Assembly (NCBI GenBank): GCA_041394265.1
Contig: JAWKIO010000005.1
Coordinates: 3,239,401-3,303,400, forward strand
Direction: 5' to 3'
DNA: 64,000 nucleotides
Origin: Acidimicrobiales bacterium
Lineage (GTDB): Bacteria; Actinomycetota; Acidimicrobiia; Acidimicrobiales; SZUA-35
Shown: positions 44,878 to 57,323 of the stretch, one piece after another
Layout: every line of letters starts with the position of its first letter
How positions within the stretch are numbered: the first letter of the stretch is position 1
Position numbers and translations under genes: made by a program
Notes under the pieces: model-generated
Database searches by the model: none
What the model was told of the DNA's origin: nothing
What the model saw: only the letters and a program-made list of their open reading frames with translations

Positions 44878-46287
44878 TCAGTCGCCTTCGCTCACGGCCG
44901 GTTGACCGCTGCGGGCGTGGCGAGGCACACCGGGATGGTTGGCGGGGTAGGGGTGGAGTTGGGCGGCGTAGGCGTCGTAGACCGCTCGCAGCTCGGCCAC
45001 GACGTCGGGGTGATGGCGGGCGATGTCGGCTGCCTCTCGACCGTCGACCGTGACGTCGTAGAGGAGTTCGTAGTCGCCATAGCGCCGGGGCCAGTTGCCG
45101 AGGATTGCTCGGTCTCGGAGATCGCGCAGGTACTTGAAACGGCCTCGGCGAACCGCTCCCTGGCTCGAGATCCGCCAGACGAGATCGTGCTCGGGGTAGT
45201 CGGCGCCGTCGACCAGCCATGGCAGCAGGCTCACGCCATCGAGTGGGTACTCGGGATCGGGTGTTGCGCCGGCGGCGTCGATCAGCGTCGCGGTCCAGTC
45301 CATGGTGATCGAGGCCCGATCGGTGCGTTGGCCGCCGGCAACCGCTTCTGGCCACCGCACGATGAACGGCACCCGGATGCCACCTTCGGTGAGGTCGCCC
45401 TTCTCGCCGACGAACGGCCAGTTGTTCGACCAGCGCTCGCCGCCGTTGTCGGATGCGAACACGATGATGGTGTCGTCGGTCTTGCCGGCGGCATCGAGTG
45501 CGTCGAGCACCCTGCCGATGCCGTCGTCCATCGTCTCGACCAGTTCGCCGTACTTCGCCAGCGACCCGGCGTCCTTGTGGAGGAGTGGGAACGGCACGGC
45601 GCCGTCCTCGTAGTCGGCGCGAATTCGTGCACCGACCTCGGCGTCGCCTCGACCCTCCCAGGGCCAGTGGGGGGCGGTGTAGTTCAGCTGGAGGTAGAAC
45701 GGACGGTCTCGCCCGCTCGACACGTACGCCGCAGCCTTCTCCGAGATGATGTCGGTGTAGTAGCCGGTCATCTCGACCGGCGTCTCGCCCTCCCAGAGGT
45801 CGGGTTCGCCGAGTGTGCCGATGTGTTCGAAGTAGTCCATCGCGCCGTCGAGGTTGCCGAAGAACGTGTCGAACCCGATGCGGAGCGGGCTGTACCAGGG
45901 AAGCCACCCGCAATGCCACTTGCCGAACATCGCCGTGTCGTAGCCCACGCCCTTCAACAGTGATGGCAGGGTCGGGTGGTCGGCGGGGATGCCATTGCCG
46001 TCGCGACGCGTGCGCAGCGGTTCCTCGAGACCGGCTTCGAGTCGGCCGGGATGGCGGCCGGTGTAGAGCGAGATGCGGGTGAGCGAACACCAGGGTGAAC
46101 CCGAATAGCCGTGGGTGAAGCGGATGCCCCCTGCGGCCAGTCGATCGAGGTTTGGCGTCGTGATGGCGTCCGAGCCGTAGCACCCAAGGTCGGCCCAGCC
46201 CAGGTCGTCGGCGAGGATGAAGATGATGTTCGGGGGTGCCGTGCGACCCACTTGCGTGCTGACGAAGTCGGTCTCGACGTTGCTCAT
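44878..46287 (-). CDS. Sulfatase-family protein with non-canonical active-site motif (C-S-L-T-R)
   Basis: 469-aa ORF with PPNIIFILADDLGWADLGCYG. The signature position reads WCSLTRISLYTG. I checked the Leu codon CTC by hand; canonical proteins have Pro there. Confidence 0.85.
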   Translation of the reverse strand: MSNVETDFVSTQVGRTAPPNIIFILADDLGWADLGCYGSDAITTPNLDRLAAGGIRFTHGYSGSPWCSLTRISLYTGRHPGRLEAGLEEPLRTRRDGNGIPADHPTLPSLLKGVGYDTAMFGKWHCGWLPWYSPLRIGFDTFFGNLDGAMDYFEHIGTLGEPDLWEGETPVEMTGYYTDIISEKAAAYVSSGRDRPFYLQLNYTAPHWPWEGRGDAEVGARIRADYEDGAVPFPLLHKDAGSLAKYGELVETMDDGIGRVLDALDAAGKTDDTIIVFASDNGGERWSNNWPFVGEKGDLTEGGIRVPFIVRWPEAVAGGQRTDRASITMDWTATLIDAAGATPDPEYPLDGVSLLPWLVDGADYPEHDLVWRISSQGAVRRGRFKYLRDLRDRAILGNWPRRYGDYELLYDVTVDGREAADIARHHPDVVAELRAVYDAYAAQLHPYPANHPGVPRHARSGQPAVSEGD

Positions 46288-46365
46288 GCGGCGACCCTAC
46301 TGCAAGCTGTTCGTTCGCCTGGTCGCGACGATCGCCCCTGAACGTGACCCGACCCCGAGGATGGC

Positions 46366-46989
46366 ATGCGACCCAAGACCGACCGCCGGAGCAAGCAGGG
46401 TGCGGAGTCCCGAGCCCGCATCCTCGAGGCGACGTTCGAGATCGCGAACGAGCTGGGCTATCAGGGGACCTCGATCGCCAAGGTGTCGGCCAAGACCGGG
46501 CTGCCGGCCAGTTCGATCTACTGGCATTTCAGCGACAAGGACCACTTGTTCGCCGAGATGATCACCGACAGCTTCGATCGCTGGTGGGCCTCACTGCCGG
46601 ATTGGGGACCGGTCGACAGCGAGGGTGGGCGAGCCGACGCGATCGCCCGTCGGATCCACGACTCGATCGACAGCATCGCATCGAGTCCGGAGTTCTGGCG
46701 GCTGGGCCTGATGCTGGCGCTCGAGCGGCAGGACGTGGAACCGACGGCGCGTCGACGCTTCATCGAGATCCGGGCGATGGTGCTCGACGACCTCGCCGAG
46801 TTCTGGCGTCGGGCACTGCCGGAACGGGCGGTGGCGACACCCGAGGCGCCGCGGTTGCTGGCCTCGTTCACGATGGCGGCGGCCGATGGGATCTTCGTCG
46901 CGGCGCAATCCGAGGACGACGTCGACCTGTCGGCCTTGGCGGATCTGCTTGCTGCGTCACTCGAAGCCGCAGCTCAACGGCTGACTTGA
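46366..46989 (+). CDS. TetR/AcrR-family transcriptional regulator
   Basis: 207-aa ORF; ATG is preceded by GAGGA. HTH region ILEATFEIANELGYQGTSIAKVSAKTGLPASSIYWHF. Confidence 0.9.
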   Translation: MRPKTDRRSKQGAESRARILEATFEIANELGYQGTSIAKVSAKTGLPASSIYWHFSDKDHLFAEMITDSFDRWWASLPDWGPVDSEGGRADAIARRIHDSIDSIASSPEFWRLGLMLALERQDVEPTARRRFIEIRAMVLDDLAEFWRRALPERAVATPEAPRLLASFTMAAADGIFVAAQSEDDVDLSALADLLAASLEAAAQRLT

Positions 46990-47095
46990 CGTTGGCCCTT
47001 GCGGCCGTTCGGCGGGCGAACTAGACATTCGACTCGCTGTAGTGATCGCTACGGTGAAGTTCGACGCCGAAGGAACGGCGAGACAGGGGACCGTC

Positions 47096-48559
47096 ATGGG
47101 CGCACGTACAGGTGCGGAGTATCTGGCCGGTTTGGCTGCGACCGATCGCGACGTCTGGGTCGACGGGGAGCGGATCGACGATGTCGCGTCGCATCCCAAA
47201 CTGGCGGGCGGCGCTGCCTCGTTGGCCGCCCAGTTCGACCGTCAGCACACCTACGCCGACGAGTGCTTGATCCCCGACCCGGAAACCGGCGAGCCCATCA
47301 GCATCAGCCACATGATCCCCCGGTCGAAGGACGACCTCCGCCGTCGCCACGTGGGCCTCCTTCGACTCACCGAGGGAACCTCCGGCCTGATGGGTCGCAC
47401 GCCCGACTACATGAACATGAAGTTCTCGGGCTTCGCATCGGCACCGTGGGTGTGGGCCGGCGCCGATGGCTCGCGGCAGCAACACGCCGACAATCTGGTC
47501 GCCTATCAGAAGCGCCTGGCTCGACAGGACATCGCACTGACCCACACCATCATCCAGCCGACGATCGACAAGCGGACCGACGGGCGGATCCTCGACAACA
47601 AGGTCACCATCCACAAGGTCGGCGAGACCGACGAGGGCATCGTCGTTCGCGGTGCGCGGGTGCTGGCGACGCTGGCGCCCTTCGCCGACGAGACCACCGT
47701 CTACCCGGCGCTGCCGATTCCGCCTGGCGCCGACGACTACGCCCTTGCCTTCGCCATCCCGCTCGACACGCCCGGCCTGAAGTTCTTGTGCCGCGACTCG
47801 ATGTCGTCGTCCGGTCGGCCGGCGTTCGACCAGCCGCTGTCGTCGCGCTTCGACGAGCAGGACGCCTTCTGCATCTTCGACGACGTGGTGGTCCCGTGGG
47901 ATCGGATCTTCATCGACGGCGACGTCGATGTGTACAACTCGATCCAGCAGACCGGCTACGCGATCAACATGACCAGCCAGTCGACCACCCGGGCGCTGGC
48001 CAAGCTGCAGTTCGCCTACGGACTGGCCTGTCGCATGGCCGAGATGATCGGCGATCACAGCCCGTCGACGGTCGACATGCTCGGCGAGATCGCCTGCTAC
48101 GTCGAGGTCACCCGCTCGGCGCTCGAGTTGTCGATCGAGCAGGGCTTCGAAAGGGAGCAGGACGGTGTCTGGTTCCCCGACGGCCGACCCCTCAACCCGA
48201 TGCGGGCGCTGCTCGCCACGTGGATGCCACGAGTCGCCGAGATCATCACGCTCATCGGCAGCCACAACCTGCTGACCACGCCGACCAAGCAGCAGCTCGA
48301 CGATCCGGCGTTGCGGCCCCTGATCGACGAAACCCTCTACGGTGCCGACGACGTGAACGCGCTCGACCGGGCGGCCCTCTTCCGGATGGCGTGGGACTTC
48401 GTCGGATCGGGCCTGGCCGGTCGTGGCTTCCTCTACGAGCGCTTTTATCTCACGTCCGCGGCGCGGAACCGAAATATGATGCACAACGTCTTCGCCGACA
48501 AAGCCCGTCCGGCCGAGCTCGTCGACCAGATGTTGGGACTCCCCGACCGGTCGGCCTGA
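47096..48559 (+). CDS. 4-hydroxyphenylacetate 3-hydroxylase (HpaB)-family flavin-dependent monooxygenase, oxygenase component
   Basis: ORF 47042..48559. ATG at 47096 is preceded by AGGGGA (MGARTGAEYLAGLAATDRDVWVDGERIDDV), matching the family N-terminal pattern. Confidence 0.8.
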   Translation: MGARTGAEYLAGLAATDRDVWVDGERIDDVASHPKLAGGAASLAAQFDRQHTYADECLIPDPETGEPISISHMIPRSKDDLRRRHVGLLRLTEGTSGLMGRTPDYMNMKFSGFASAPWVWAGADGSRQQHADNLVAYQKRLARQDIALTHTIIQPTIDKRTDGRILDNKVTIHKVGETDEGIVVRGARVLATLAPFADETTVYPALPIPPGADDYALAFAIPLDTPGLKFLCRDSMSSSGRPAFDQPLSSRFDEQDAFCIFDDVVVPWDRIFIDGDVDVYNSIQQTGYAINMTSQSTTRALAKLQFAYGLACRMAEMIGDHSPSTVDMLGEIACYVEVTRSALELSIEQGFEREQDGVWFPDGRPLNPMRALLATWMPRVAEIITLIGSHNLLTTPTKQQLDDPALRPLIDETLYGADDVNALDRAALFRMAWDFVGSGLAGRGFLYERFYLTSAARNRNMMHNVFADKARPAELVDQMLGLPDRSA

Positions 48560-48619
48560 GCAGGGGCCGCCGCTGGTTGGTTCACAGGGGACAAATCTCG
48601 ACCAGCCAGCGGAGGCCTC

Positions 48620-48946
48620 ATGACCACCATCTATCGAGCCGTCGTGCGAGGCCAGTTCGCCGACCTCGACGACGCCCACCGGACCGAGTTGCGGGCGCAC
48701 GCGGCCGAGCACGACTACTTCCACTCGGCGTTCACCAAGGACGGCACCTTCACCTACGACGAGCAGGTCGTGTCGTTCAATCTCCGCTACGAGCTGCGCT
48801 TCCCATCCGACGCCGACGACGCCAGCTCGGCGGCCGCCGAGCAATCGGCACTCGAACGGGCCAAACGATTCCTCGATGCCGAGGGGCTCGGCTACAAACG
48901 GTTGCGGGCGAACGTCACCGACATGGCGTCGATGTGGCGAGACTGA
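48620..48946 (+). CDS. Small conserved hypothetical protein (resembles DUF6204)
   Basis: 108-aa ORF. The pattern MTTIYRAVVRGQFADLDDAHRTELRAHAAEHD...GLGYKRLRANVTD matches my memory of DUF6204. This was not verified. Confidence 0.5.
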   Translation: MTTIYRAVVRGQFADLDDAHRTELRAHAAEHDYFHSAFTKDGTFTYDEQVVSFNLRYELRFPSDADDASSAAAEQSALERAKRFLDAEGLGYKRLRANVTDMASMWRD

Positions 48947-48960
48947 GCTCGCTCACGTGA

Positions 48961-49638
48961 TCAGTCGAAACCGACGAAGCTGACGTCGCTGTCGACCGGC
49001 ACTCGCCGTGACACCACATGGTTGGCCACGAACTCGTCGTTCGGATACCCCATGGCGACGCAGGTCATGATCACCTCGTTCTCGGGGATGTTGGCGTGTT
49101 CTCGCACGACTGACGACTGCATGATGCCTTGACCGTTGATCACGCAGCCAAGGCCTTTGGAAGTGGCGGCCAACACCAATCCGTAGGTGGCGGCGCCGCA
49201 GTCGAAGTGGGCAATGGTGTCGTCGGCCAACTCGGCGTCGATCGTGACGACGACCGACACCGGCGCGTCGAACTGGCGGAAGCCGCGCATGACCCAGTCC
49301 TGCCGGCGCTCTTTGTCGTCGCGCTCGATGCCCATCGCCTCGAACAGTTGCACGGCGATCTCGATCTGGCGCTCGCGGTGGACGCCCTGGTAGCCGTGGC
49401 CTGACATCTTGATCTCACGGTCGACGGCGGCACCCGCCAACATGCGCTCGGTGTTGCCCTTGCGGATCGCTTCCAGCGGTGCACCGGTGACCACGTGGAA
49501 GTTCCAGGGTTGGGTGTTCATCGACGACGGCGCCCGCTTGGCGATGGCGACGATCTCGGCCATCAGCTCCTGTGGCACCGGATCGGGCTTGTACCCGCGG
49601 GTGCTGCGACGTTGGGAAACCAGCTGTTCGAAGTCCAT
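48961..49638 (-). CDS. Nitroreductase-family protein
   Basis: 225-aa ORF. The N-terminus RRSTRGYKPDPVP...APSSMNTQPW is typical of the nitroreductase fold. Confidence 0.85.
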   Translation of the reverse strand: MDFEQLVSQRRSTRGYKPDPVPQELMAEIVAIAKRAPSSMNTQPWNFHVVTGAPLEAIRKGNTERMLAGAAVDREIKMSGHGYQGVHRERQIEIAVQLFEAMGIERDDKERRQDWVMRGFRQFDAPVSVVVTIDAELADDTIAHFDCGAATYGLVLAATSKGLGCVINGQGIMQSSVVREHANIPENEVIMTCVAMGYPNDEFVANHVVSRRVPVDSDVSFVGFD

Positions 49639-49663
49639 CGCCGGACCCTAGTGCGAGCGGCGT

Positions 49664-50707
49664 TCAGTGCGAGAGTTCACGCTCGGGGGAGCCGAGGCCC
49701 GGGAAACCGGCGTATGCCGGCAGCGCGGGTTGACCGCCGAGGTGGCAGTAGAGCACGCGCGAGCCGGCGGGGATCTCGCCGCTGCGGATCATCCCGATGA
49801 GACCGGCCATCGACTTGCCCTCGTAGACGGGGTCGGTGAGCATGCCCTCGGTACGAGCGGCGAGGTGGATGGCCTCGACGGTGCCGGCATCGGGTACGCC
49901 GTAGGCCGGACCCTCGTAGCCGCTGATGATGGTGATCTCGTCGTCGCGCAGCGGTCGACCGAGCTCGATCAGCTCGGCGGTGTTGGTGGCGATCCGGGTG
50001 ACCTGCTCGACGGTCTGGTCGAGGGTCCCCGATGCGTCGATGCCGATGACCTTTCGGCCGGGTCGGTCGGAGATGGCGAACCCGGCGATCATGCCGGCGT
50101 GGCTGGAGCCGGTGACGGTGCAGACGATGATGGTGTCGAAGAACGTGTCGAGTTCGGCTTCCTGCTGTTCGACCTCGACCGCCCAGTTCGCGAAGCCGAG
50201 GCCACCGAGTCGGTGGTCGGAGGCGCCGGCGGGAATGGCGTAGGGCGTGCCGCCGGCCTCGACCACCGACTCGAGGGCGCGCTTCCAGCTGTCGCGAAAG
50301 CCGATGTCGAAGCCGGCGGGATCGACCCGGACGTCGCCACCCATGATCCGAGTGAGCTGGATGTTGCCCACCTTGTCGTAGACCATGTCGTTGTAGTCGA
50401 CCCATCCCTCCTGCACGGTCACGGCCTTGAGCCCGAGGTGGCAGGCGACGCCGGTGACCTGGCGGGTGTGGTTCGACTGGATGCCGCCGATCGACACGAG
50501 CGTGTCGCAGCCGGTGTCGAGGGCATCGGCGGCGAGGTACTCGAGCTTGCGCACCTTGTTGCCACCGAAGGCGATGCCCGAATTGCAGTCCTCTCGCTTG
50601 GCCCAGATCTCGACCTCGCCGCCGAGGGCGGCGCTCAGTCGGGGGAGCGGGTGGATCGGCGAGGGGCCGAAGAGGAGGGGTTCGCGGCGGAAGTCGGCGA
50701 GTGGCAT
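49664..50707 (-). CDS. acdS: 1-aminocyclopropane-1-carboxylate deaminase
   Basis: 347-aa ORF with the PLP-lysine motif [12 protein letters not shown] and [10 protein letters not shown]. It also carries the residues reported to separate ACC deaminase from D-cysteine desulfhydrase: Glu in DPVYEGKSM and Leu in YCHLGG. Confidence 0.8.
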   Translation of the reverse strand: MPLADFRREPLLFGPSPIHPLPRLSAALGGEVEIWAKREDCNSGIAFGGNKVRKLEYLAADALDTGCDTLVSIGGIQSNHTRQVTGVACHLGLKAVTVQEGWVDYNDMVYDKVGNIQLTRIMGGDVRVDPAGFDIGFRDSWKRALESVVEAGGTPYAIPAGASDHRLGGLGFANWAVEVEQQEAELDTFFDTIIVCTVTGSSHAGMIAGFAISDRPGRKVIGIDASGTLDQTVEQVTRIATNTAELIELGRPLRDDEITIISGYEGPAYGVPDAGTVEAIHLAARTEGMLTDPVYEGKSMAGLIGMIRSGEIPAGSRVLYCHLGGQPALPAYAGFPGLGSPERELSH

Positions 50708-50754
50708 GGTGCTCCGATCGATGGTGCCACCCGGTGCCGGGCGGCGATCGTAGA

Positions 50755-50766
50755 ATCGTATACGAT
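50755..50766. promoter_or_regulatory. Candidate GntR operator: perfect 12-bp palindrome ATCGTATACGAT
   Basis: Lies in the 66-bp divergent region between acdS and the GntR gene. It contains the GT-N-AC core described for GntR/FadR-type operators. Confidence 0.45.
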
Positions 50767-50773
50767 CCTTGCC

Positions 50774-51397
50774 ATGTCAACGGTCGACCTCGTCCAGCAG
50801 GCGGTGATGCGCGATCTGGTGCGAGGTGCGCTGTCGCCGGGTTCTTGGGTACGACAAGACGAGTTGGCCGAACGCCTCGGTGTCAGCAAGATCCCGGTTC
50901 GTGAGGCCTTACAGCGGTTGACGGCACTCGGTCTGCTGCGAATCGAGCCCAACCGCGGCGTCGTGGTGCCAACGCTCTCGGCCGACGAGGCAGAAGAGAA
51001 CTACTCGCTGCGACGAGCGATTGAGCCCGTCCTGCTGAAGCGAGCGATGCGGGCAATCTCGATCGTCGACCTGGCCGAGGCCGAGCTCGCGCTCGCCACA
51101 GGATCGGTGCCGACGATGTCATCGACCGAGCAGAACTGGGCATTTCATCGTGCGTTGTATCGGGCATCGGGCTGGGATCGCGGCCTCGCCATGGCCGAGA
51201 TCTTGCACGCCAGCGTTGCGCCGTATGTCGAGCTCTACACCGACGGACTCGGCGGCAACGACGCCTCCCAGGCCGAGCATCGAGCGCTGCTCGATGCCGC
51301 CCGTGAGGGAAATGTCAGAGCTGCGAACGGCCTCCTGCTGCGCCACCTCGACAATGCCGCCGCTGCCCTCCTCGATTACCTCGACACCGACGAATAG
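50774..51397 (+). CDS. GntR-family (FadR/FCD subfamily-like) transcriptional regulator
   Basis: The real part of ORF 49667..51397; ATG at 50774. wHTH region [39 protein letters not shown] plus a helical C-terminal domain. Confidence 0.85.
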   Translation: MSTVDLVQQAVMRDLVRGALSPGSWVRQDELAERLGVSKIPVREALQRLTALGLLRIEPNRGVVVPTLSADEAEENYSLRRAIEPVLLKRAMRAISIVDLAEAELALATGSVPTMSSTEQNWAFHRALYRASGWDRGLAMAEILHASVAPYVELYTDGLGGNDASQAEHRALLDAAREGNVRAANGLLLRHLDNAAAALLDYLDTDE

Positions 51398-51419
51398 CCG
51401 GCACCAAGGCGTCGCTGCT

Positions 51420-52424
51420 TCAGCTGGTCGGTGCGTAGCTGACGAGCGTCTTCATGTAGTTGGTGCGCTCGAAGGCGCTCGGGTCGGGAACGTTCGCCTG
51501 GCTGACGCTGCCGCGAGCCTGGTCGATCGAGTCGTAGCCGTGGTCACCGAGCCAACACTCGACCCCGGCGAGAACGTGTGTGAGGTGTTCAGGGCCGTGG
51601 TGGAGGAGGGCGGACGCCATCATCGTGACGTCGGCGCCGGCGAGGATGAGTTTGATGACGCCGTCGGCGTCGTGCACGCCGGTGGTGGCGGCGAGGTCGA
51701 CATCGACCCGGCCCCGCAGGATCGCCATCCAGCGCAGCACTAGCCGCATCTCGGCCGGGGTGCTGAGGACCAGGTTGGGCACGACCTCCAGCGTGTCGAG
51801 ATCGATGTCGGGCTGGTAGAAGCGGTTGAACAGCACGACCCCGTCGGCGCCAACCTCGGCCAACTGCCGCACCATGTTGCCGGTCGAGCTGAAGAAGGGG
51901 CCGATCTTCACTGCGAGGGGGATGTCGATGCTCGCTCGAACGCTCTCGACGAGGAGCAGGTAGCGGCGCTCCATGTCGGCGGCTCGCAGGTCGGGGTCGG
52001 CCGCGACGTGGTACACGTTCAGCTCGATGGCGTCGGCGCCTTCGTCCTGGAGCTCGGTCGCATAGTGAACCCAGCCACCATCGGAGGTGCCGTTGAGGCT
52101 GGCGATGACCGGGATACGAAGCGCCTTCTTGGCCTCGATCAACAGGTCGAGGTAACGGTCCGAGCCCGTGTTGTAGGTGTCGAGTGACGGGAAGTAGCCG
52201 TCGTTGCTCTCCGGGCTCAGCGACGAGCCATAGGAGGCGCCATGCTCGAGCAGGTCGAGGTCGTGCTCGACCTGTTCCTCGAACAGCGACGGCAACACGA
52301 CGGCCGATGCGCCCGCCGCTTCGAGCTGGAGGAGTGACTCGAGCGATCCGGTCATCGGCGACGACGAGGCGACGATGGGATGGGCCAGTTCGAGGCCCAG
52401 GTAGGTGGTGGTGAGGTCGGTCAT
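51420..52424 (-). CDS. Dihydroorotate dehydrogenase-like (class 1 DHOD fold) protein
   Basis: ORF 51420..52580. ATG at 52424 (MTDLTTTYLGLELAHPIVASSSP) starts 1 nt after the PFOR stop. The pattern is a TIM-barrel flavoprotein. Confidence 0.75.
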   Translation of the reverse strand: MTDLTTTYLGLELAHPIVASSSPMTGSLESLLQLEAAGASAVVLPSLFEEQVEHDLDLLEHGASYGSSLSPESNDGYFPSLDTYNTGSDRYLDLLIEAKKALRIPVIASLNGTSDGGWVHYATELQDEGADAIELNVYHVAADPDLRAADMERRYLLLVESVRASIDIPLAVKIGPFFSSTGNMVRQLAEVGADGVVLFNRFYQPDIDLDTLEVVPNLVLSTPAEMRLVLRWMAILRGRVDVDLAATTGVHDADGVIKLILAGADVTMMASALLHHGPEHLTHVLAGVECWLGDHGYDSIDQARGSVSQANVPDPSAFERTNYMKTLVSYAPTS

Positions 52425-52425
52425 C

Positions 52426-56058
<3,633 letters not shown>

Positions 56059-56153
56059 CGTTCGGTCTTCTTTCGTTCGGACCTTGGACTCTGGCACCCA
56101 CTCGCCATGTCAGGTTCACTTCGGGAGAACCCAAGCGAGAGCGAGGAGTTGCC

Positions 56154-56609
56154 ATGCAAGAGGGCAGTGGGGAGATCGACACCGATTCGATCAACACCGT
56201 GGCGATCGACATCGTCAATCGGATGGGCGTGATCGACGAGGCGACCTGCCTCGAGCTGATCACGTCGACGCCGATCGGTCGTGTGGGATTCATGAGCGAC
56301 GGCGCACCGTTGGTGCTGCCGGTCAACTTCGCCTGGCACGAAGGAGCGGTGGTGTTCCGCACCCTCGAGGGGGTGAAGATGGCGGCGGCCGCCGAAGGCC
56401 AGGCCGTGTGCTTCGAGGTCGACCAGTGGGACGCACAGACGAAGACGGGCTGGAGCGTGGTGGTCCGTGGCCAGGCCGCCGAAGTGACCGGCTGGGCCGA
56501 GATCGAGCAACTCGAGAACATCGGACTCACCCCATGGTCTCGGGAGAAGTGGCGCAGACTGTGGGTGAAGATCGTGCCAACCGAGATCAGCGGGCGAGTG
56601 CTGCGCTGA
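56154..56609 (+). CDS. Pyridoxamine 5'-phosphate oxidase-family (split-barrel flavin/F420-binding) protein
   Basis: 151-aa ORF with IGRVGF...PLVLPVNFAWHEGAVVFRT...WSVVVRG, typical of the PPOX-like family. Confidence 0.7.
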   Translation: MQEGSGEIDTDSINTVAIDIVNRMGVIDEATCLELITSTPIGRVGFMSDGAPLVLPVNFAWHEGAVVFRTLEGVKMAAAAEGQAVCFEVDQWDAQTKTGWSVVVRGQAAEVTGWAEIEQLENIGLTPWSREKWRRLWVKIVPTEISGRVLR

Positions 56610-56646
56610 GGCGGTTGTCGCTGAGATCGGCACGTGGTTCCTTCTT

Positions 56647-56672
56647 CCGAGATGATGCGATCATCGTCTCGG
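56647..56672 (+). terminator. Hairpin after the PPOX-like gene
   Basis: CCGAGATGATG-cga-TCATCGTCTCGG has an 11-12 bp stem with one G-U pair. It starts 38 nt after the stop and has no U-tract. Confidence 0.35.
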
Positions 56673-56812
56673 AGCGACCCCCCGGTCACCAGGGCCGAAG
56701 GCCCTGAAACGGCGCTGGCCCGAAGTTCTGCGAAACGGTTGCCAGTTCGAAGGACTGCGGTGAGCACCGCCCGACCGGCCGCGGACCGCCGGTTCCTGCC
56801 AGACTCCTCGTC

Positions 56813-57295
56813 ATGAGCGAGGTGCGTGAAACCAGGTTGCCCGGGGTCGGGGTCCGACACGAGTTCGACACCGAGGCCGGTGATCGGGTCGGGGTGGTGG
56901 TCCACCGTGACGGACGGCGTGAGATCGTCACCTACGACCGTGTCGACCCCGACGCGTGCTCGTCCTTGCTCGTGCTGTCGAGCAGCGACACTCGCACGAT
57001 GGCGGATCTCCTCGGTGCCAGCCAGGTCACCGAGGCCGTGACGGCGATGCGACACGACATCAAGGGTCTGTCGATCGAGTGGATCGAGGTGTTGGCGTCC
57101 TCGCCTGCGGCCGGGATCTCGATCGGGCAAGGCCAGTATCGGGCCCGCACGGGTGCTTCGATCGTCGCCGTCCTGCGCGACGACCAGACCGTTCCTGCTC
57201 CCGAACCCGACTTCGTGCTCGAGGCTCGCGACGTCGCCGTGGCCGTCGGGACGAGCGACGGGCTGGCGGCGCTGCGGGCGCTGCTTGCTCGATGA
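56813..57295 (+). CDS. Cation:proton antiporter regulatory subunit (KhtT-like, TrkA-C domain)
   Basis: 160-aa ORF. The N-terminus MSEVRETRLPGVGVRHEF plus a C-terminal TrkA-C-like half is typical for this family. A CPA2 gene follows. Confidence 0.75.
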   Translation: MSEVRETRLPGVGVRHEFDTEAGDRVGVVVHRDGRREIVTYDRVDPDACSSLLVLSSSDTRTMADLLGASQVTEAVTAMRHDIKGLSIEWIEVLASSPAAGISIGQGQYRARTGASIVAVLRDDQTVPAPEPDFVLEARDVAVAVGTSDGLAALRALLAR

Positions 57296-57323
57296 CGCCG
57301 GGCGCTCACTGGGAGCTGGTTCC

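Noticed and set aside
56610-56812. A c-di-AMP (ydaO-type) riboswitch upstream of the K+/H+ antiporter genes.
   Set aside because: I could not find the conserved ydaO-type sequence blocks or its pseudo-two-fold architecture. Only generic GC-rich hairpins are present. I kept it as a low-interest finding for a cmscan check.
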